Shown here piece after piece: positions 58,836 to 64,000 of a DNA stretch of 64,000 nucleotides (position 1 is the first letter of the stretch; every line of letters starts with the position of its first letter). Source of the stretch: Eledone cirrhosa (Eukaryota). Below the pieces are notes generated by a model. It had not been told where the DNA came from. It did no database searches and worked only from the letters and a program-made list of their open reading frames with translations. The position numbers and the translations under genes are program-made. The stretch covers positions 46,872,001 to 46,936,000 of the forward strand of contig OZ024751.1 in assembly GCA_964016885.1 (NCBI GenBank), given 5' to 3'.

Positions 58836-59288
58836 TGGCTGCCAACTCGTTTTCGAGTACGGCCACTACTTTATATCCATATAGGAGAACCCCTACCGAT
58901 GCGCCGAACGGGTGTGACTTTTTAGTCCAGCCAGCGACTTGAAAACTCTGGAACAAACACTACACTTGTGACAATTATTGACACATAGTGCTGGGCCCAT
59001 GGTACCATGTGACGACAAGTGCAGAGAGATCTCCAGATATAAAGCAATGCCAGTGCCGTGAAGCTTTTATAGTGAGCAAAGGCACTGCACAAAGCCAGTC
59101 CCACTCTCTTAACCAAGATGATATTTACCAAAAAGAAGAACAAGTCAACATCATTGGATACCATCAGAGTCGCAGGTGTTATATCAGAGTTTTCCTTCTC
59201 CTAGAATTCTGCCTTGACAAAGGCTAAGGGGTCATCTCTCCCGGTGATTTTGGATGGCCATTGACTCTTAAGAGCTCCTTTGCCCTTT
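58832..59288 (-). mobile_element. Family H, 5'-truncated
   Basis: Homology to 13458-13915. Confidence 0.8.
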
Positions 59289-59406
59289 ACATACATACAT
59301 ATATACATTTATCTATATATATATATATATATATATATACATACATATATACATTTATCTATCTATATACATGTCTGAATCTTTGTAAATTTGTAAATGC
59401 GTGCGC

Positions 59407-59438
<32 letters not shown>

Positions 59439-59798
59439 GTGTGTATAGTGTCTTCTTATTTCTGACACTATATAAACATAGATAGTTTTTTTAATTGTTC
59501 TGCAGTGATACGGAGATTTTAGTGAGTCGCCCCTCCTCCTCCATTGCGGTACAGAATGATAGAATGGTGAGCTGCGTTCTTTATGAAATGTGTTACCGCT
59601 CCAGTGATCCTCCATTGAGAGGTATCATTTAAGCCATAATTGGTGACTGTCTACTGAGCATTAGACTGTGGAGATTCGCTGATGGGTCATGCATATCACA
59701 ATTATAGAGCCGTATCTCCTTCGGAGGTTTATTTATTTTTCAGGGTTACCTCATCCTTATATGCATACATACATACATACATATACATATATACATAG

Positions 59799-59910
<112 letters not shown>

Positions 59911-60061
59911 GCATATATATATGCACGTATAAATATGTGCGTATATATATACGGAAACACTTCGTTTATATATATTTATATATATATTTATATATATATT
60001 TATATATATATATATGTGTGTGTGTGTGTATGTATGTATGTATATAAGTATATATATATGC

Positions 60062-60128
<67 letters not shown>

Positions 60129-60656
60129 TACTTTTGATGGATAATATTTATGCATGTCGATGGAAGAGTAACTTAGACGAGAAGAAGAAGAAGAAGAAGA
60201 AGAAGAAGAAGAAGAAGAAGAAGAAGAAGAAGAAGAAGAAGAAGAAGAAGAAGAAGAAGAAGAAGAAGAAGAAGAAGAAGAAGAAGAAGAAGAAGAAGAA
60301 GAAGAAGAAGAAGAAGAAGAAGAAGAAGAAGAAGGGGCAGGAGGAAGTCAAACTAAAATGATACTAATAAAATAGTGACAGTAATACTAACAACAACAAT
60401 AACAAAAGTAATAATAACAACAACAACAACGACAATAAATTATAATTACGAATTAATGTAAATAAAATCAAAACAATTATATCATAGATTGACACAATAG
60501 GGGTGGCGTTAGGGTGTAATCGATATATTAATAATTAGAATCGATATGATAGAGATCATTATTCACTATTTATGAGACTGAAAAGTATCGCATATGTCGT
60601 TTAGTTCATCACCAGCACGACAAATAATACATCCGCTGACTGGTGCATATTTATAT

Positions 60657-60692
<36 letters not shown>

Positions 60693-60698
60693 GAATAC

Positions 60699-60758
<60 letters not shown>

Positions 60759-60778
60759 ATTCATATATGTATATATGA

Positions 60779-60832
<54 letters not shown>

Positions 60833-61110
60833 ATGTAAATATGTACCAGTCAGCGGATATATATATATATATATACACAGTTCAAGAGTAACCAATCTTA
60901 AAGAGAGAGATGGAGATAGGAGAGGAGAGATTGGTGAATTAGTTAGAAGCCAAAGCGTAAAGGCATGTTCTCAATGTGCAATATGCAGTAGAAAGCAGCT
61001 AGGTAGCTGGATTCATGCAGAAGTTAGGCGCACAGAGCTGGAAATATTCATTATATGGAACATTACATTATGTAACATTCTCTCCTTATTTTAATTTATA
61101 TTCCTTTGAA

Positions 61111-61229
61111 GTTCCGATGAGCCGCTCTGTTTTTAAATATGTTAATTATTTTCAACTGAACCAGATCAATAATGATATATAGTCATCTGATCCAGAAATA
61201 TTATATGGAGTAGCGAAACAATTGTAAAC
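61111..61229 (+). ncRNA. Degenerate hammerhead motif with long stem-II insertion
   Basis: GUU-CCGAUGA-GCCGCUC...GGAGUAGC-GAA-ACAAUUGU-A-AAC. Core U4>C; palindromic stem III. Confidence 0.55.
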
Positions 61230-61349
61230 GGACATTATTATTATTAATATTATTATTATTATTCTCTACATTCCTTACATCAAAATATGCTGACAATCTT
61301 TTAATAATGTCTTCCTTATGAAATTTGTGGTCTTGTTTTGCTTAACTAA

Positions 61350-61382
<33 letters not shown>

Positions 61383-61387
<5 letters not shown>

Positions 61388-61806
61388 CGAAACTGCGAGT
61401 GGGTTTGAAATTATTAGAAATGTAAGCTATCGTCGTATTTGGACTAAAGAAATTAAAGAAATTATTTAGCCTGATAGTGGGGTTAAGAACCCTCGGAGAA
61501 ATGGAAAAAGATGAATATTGACGTACATGGGAGTCGAACCCACATCTTTGGTTATCCTGACCACTGTGATACCATTTACACCAACTCATATCCGGACCAC
61601 TGTGCTACCATTTACACCAACACATCATGTGTTGGTATAAATGATATCAAAGTGGTCAGGATAACCAAAGATGTGGGTTCGATTCCCATGTACGTCAATA
61701 TTCATCTTTTTCCATTTCTCCGAGGGTTCTTAACCCCACTATCAGGCTAAATAATTTCTTTAATTTCTTTAGTCCAAATACGGCGATAGCTTACATTTCT
61801 AATAAT
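61383..61806 (-). mobile_element. tRNA-headed fold-back palindromic element (centre 61626) with ~27-nt tail
   Basis: Arms ~61410-61625 / 61627-61806 in (TA)n. The left arm has a ~36-nt internal duplication. Confidence 0.8.
61626..61697 (+). pseudogene. tRNA-like cloverleaf (SINE head; not a functional tRNA)
   Basis: Consensus of both arms: GATGTGT TG GTGT AAATGGTA GCAC A GTGGT CAGGATA ACCAA AGAT GTGGG TTCGA(C/T)T CCCAT GTACGTC A. A and B boxes present; anticodon loop lacks U33. Confidence 0.7.
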
Positions 61807-61822
61807 ATATATATATATATGA

Positions 61823-61857
<35 letters not shown>

Positions 61858-62091
61858 TATATATATGTATTCATATATATATATATATATTATATATATA
61901 TATATACATACATATATATATATATATTTTATATATATATATATATATTATATTATATTATATCATATATATATATATATATATATACGTATATATATAT
62001 TATATTATATATATATACACACATACGTATATATATGTACTATATATATACTATGCATATACGTGTATGTATATATATATATATATATTAT

Positions 62092-62852
<761 letters not shown>

Positions 62853-63475
62853 CACGTATGTGTGTATTTGTAATGAAATAAAGCAGCAAAGGTGAAGTTT
62901 AATTCCTTACAATAGTTTCTTTAGCTATACTTGCTCTAATGTCTCTCATATAATATGACATGTGACTCAGACCATATTTACTTCTTCAGAGAAATGAAAC
63001 AAATAGTTTCCATTAAAGCAACGAGGGTCTTTATTAAAACAATCACGACGTTTTGACACACACAGTTAAAGGGAACGCTGCACTTTAAATAATACAAAAA
63101 AAAAGAAAGTAAATTGTATCTATATAAAAGAAGTAATATACAAGAAAAGGGGGAAAAAACTACAATAAAAGCGTATAAACCTGATTTTAAGGGACAAAAG
63201 GTTATTATAGTGGACTAGTGGAAATTTTATAGCTTGTTATAAGCAGGTGTAACAGTTGTAACGTTCAAGTTACCAATTGTCATGGTTTGCTTTCTCCCAC
63301 ACCATCTCGGTATACGTAACCTTTGAACTTCCATTCCACGTTTCCCATCATAGATCGGAGGCCCATTGCCAGTTGTTATAGCGTTGGGTGGAGATTGCAT
63401 ATGTATTTTTCGAAAGGCCCCTCTACCTAAGGCTTGAATGCATTCCTTGTTATCCCAGGTGAAGGACTATGTGTA

Positions 63476-63985
63476 TCTGCGAGAGGCTGAGGTCACAAAA
63501 ACAATTAAATTAAAAAGCTTAAATGAGGCAAGGCCGCTGGGGAGGATGAAATTCGGTCTGAGATGTTAAAAGCCTTTGGCTGGCTCATATGTACCGAGAT
63601 TTACACATTCTATCGACGACACAGTAAAACATTTATGAGCAGCTAGTTAGGCCTACCACGATCTATAATTAATATTTCGGGACGAGAACACATCTCCAGC
63701 CTAGTGATCCTGCAATGCATAAATATGAATATTGTAGAGTCTTTCTTGGTGAAGTTACAGCTACGTTTGATTGGATAAGTAATTCGTATGAAGAACGCTA
63801 GGATCCTAAACACTATACTCTATTGCTCTATAGTGAGCTGAAATGGGGAAAACCGTCAAAAGAAGGTTTAGAACTCCGTTATAAGGATATCATGAAACAC
63901 TACCACAATAAAGCGGGTAGCCTGGTTACGACTACATGGGAGAAACCGTGACCGACTGCAGAATATGGACGAGAATTGTAAAATA
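63476..63985 (+). mobile_element. Decayed RTE-like LINE fragments
   Basis: KLK*GKAAGEDEIRSEMLKA and LLYSELKWGKP...LRYKDIMK. Confidence 0.6.
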
Positions 63986-64000
63986 TACATGCATATACAC

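Overview
Eukaryotic, AT-rich, microsatellite-saturated DNA ((TA)n, (CA)n, (TATG)n, (GA)n, (GAT)n, (GAA)n, (GTT)n). The repeat landscape and SINE types resemble an octopus/coleoid cephalopod genome (inference). Almost all ORFs in the track are translated microsatellites. The only long real CDS is a 5'-truncated but uninterrupted Penelope-like retroelement (PLE; RT + C-terminal GIY-YIG, minus strand, ~31321-36446) with a 1167-bp inverted 3' repeat carrying a minimal type-I hammerhead ribozyme motif. About 20 short asymmetric palindromes from at least 8 sequence families sit in (TA)n arrays across the window. Most have an unduplicated tail on one side, and several contain complete or half hammerhead motifs, so they read as fold-back PLE-type insertions. 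One folds exactly at a predicted hammerhead cleavage site (1717/1718). Another folds exactly at nucleotide +1 of a tRNA-like cloverleaf (61626), suggesting a tRNA-headed SINE mobilised by PLE machinery. Also present: a young bipartite RTE-derived non-autonomous element, several tRNA-SINE families, RTE and RLE-type LINE 3' fragments, a TIR element and a Helitron-like element. No host gene is confidently identified; there are only weak promoter/exon candidates near 48.9-53.1 kb.
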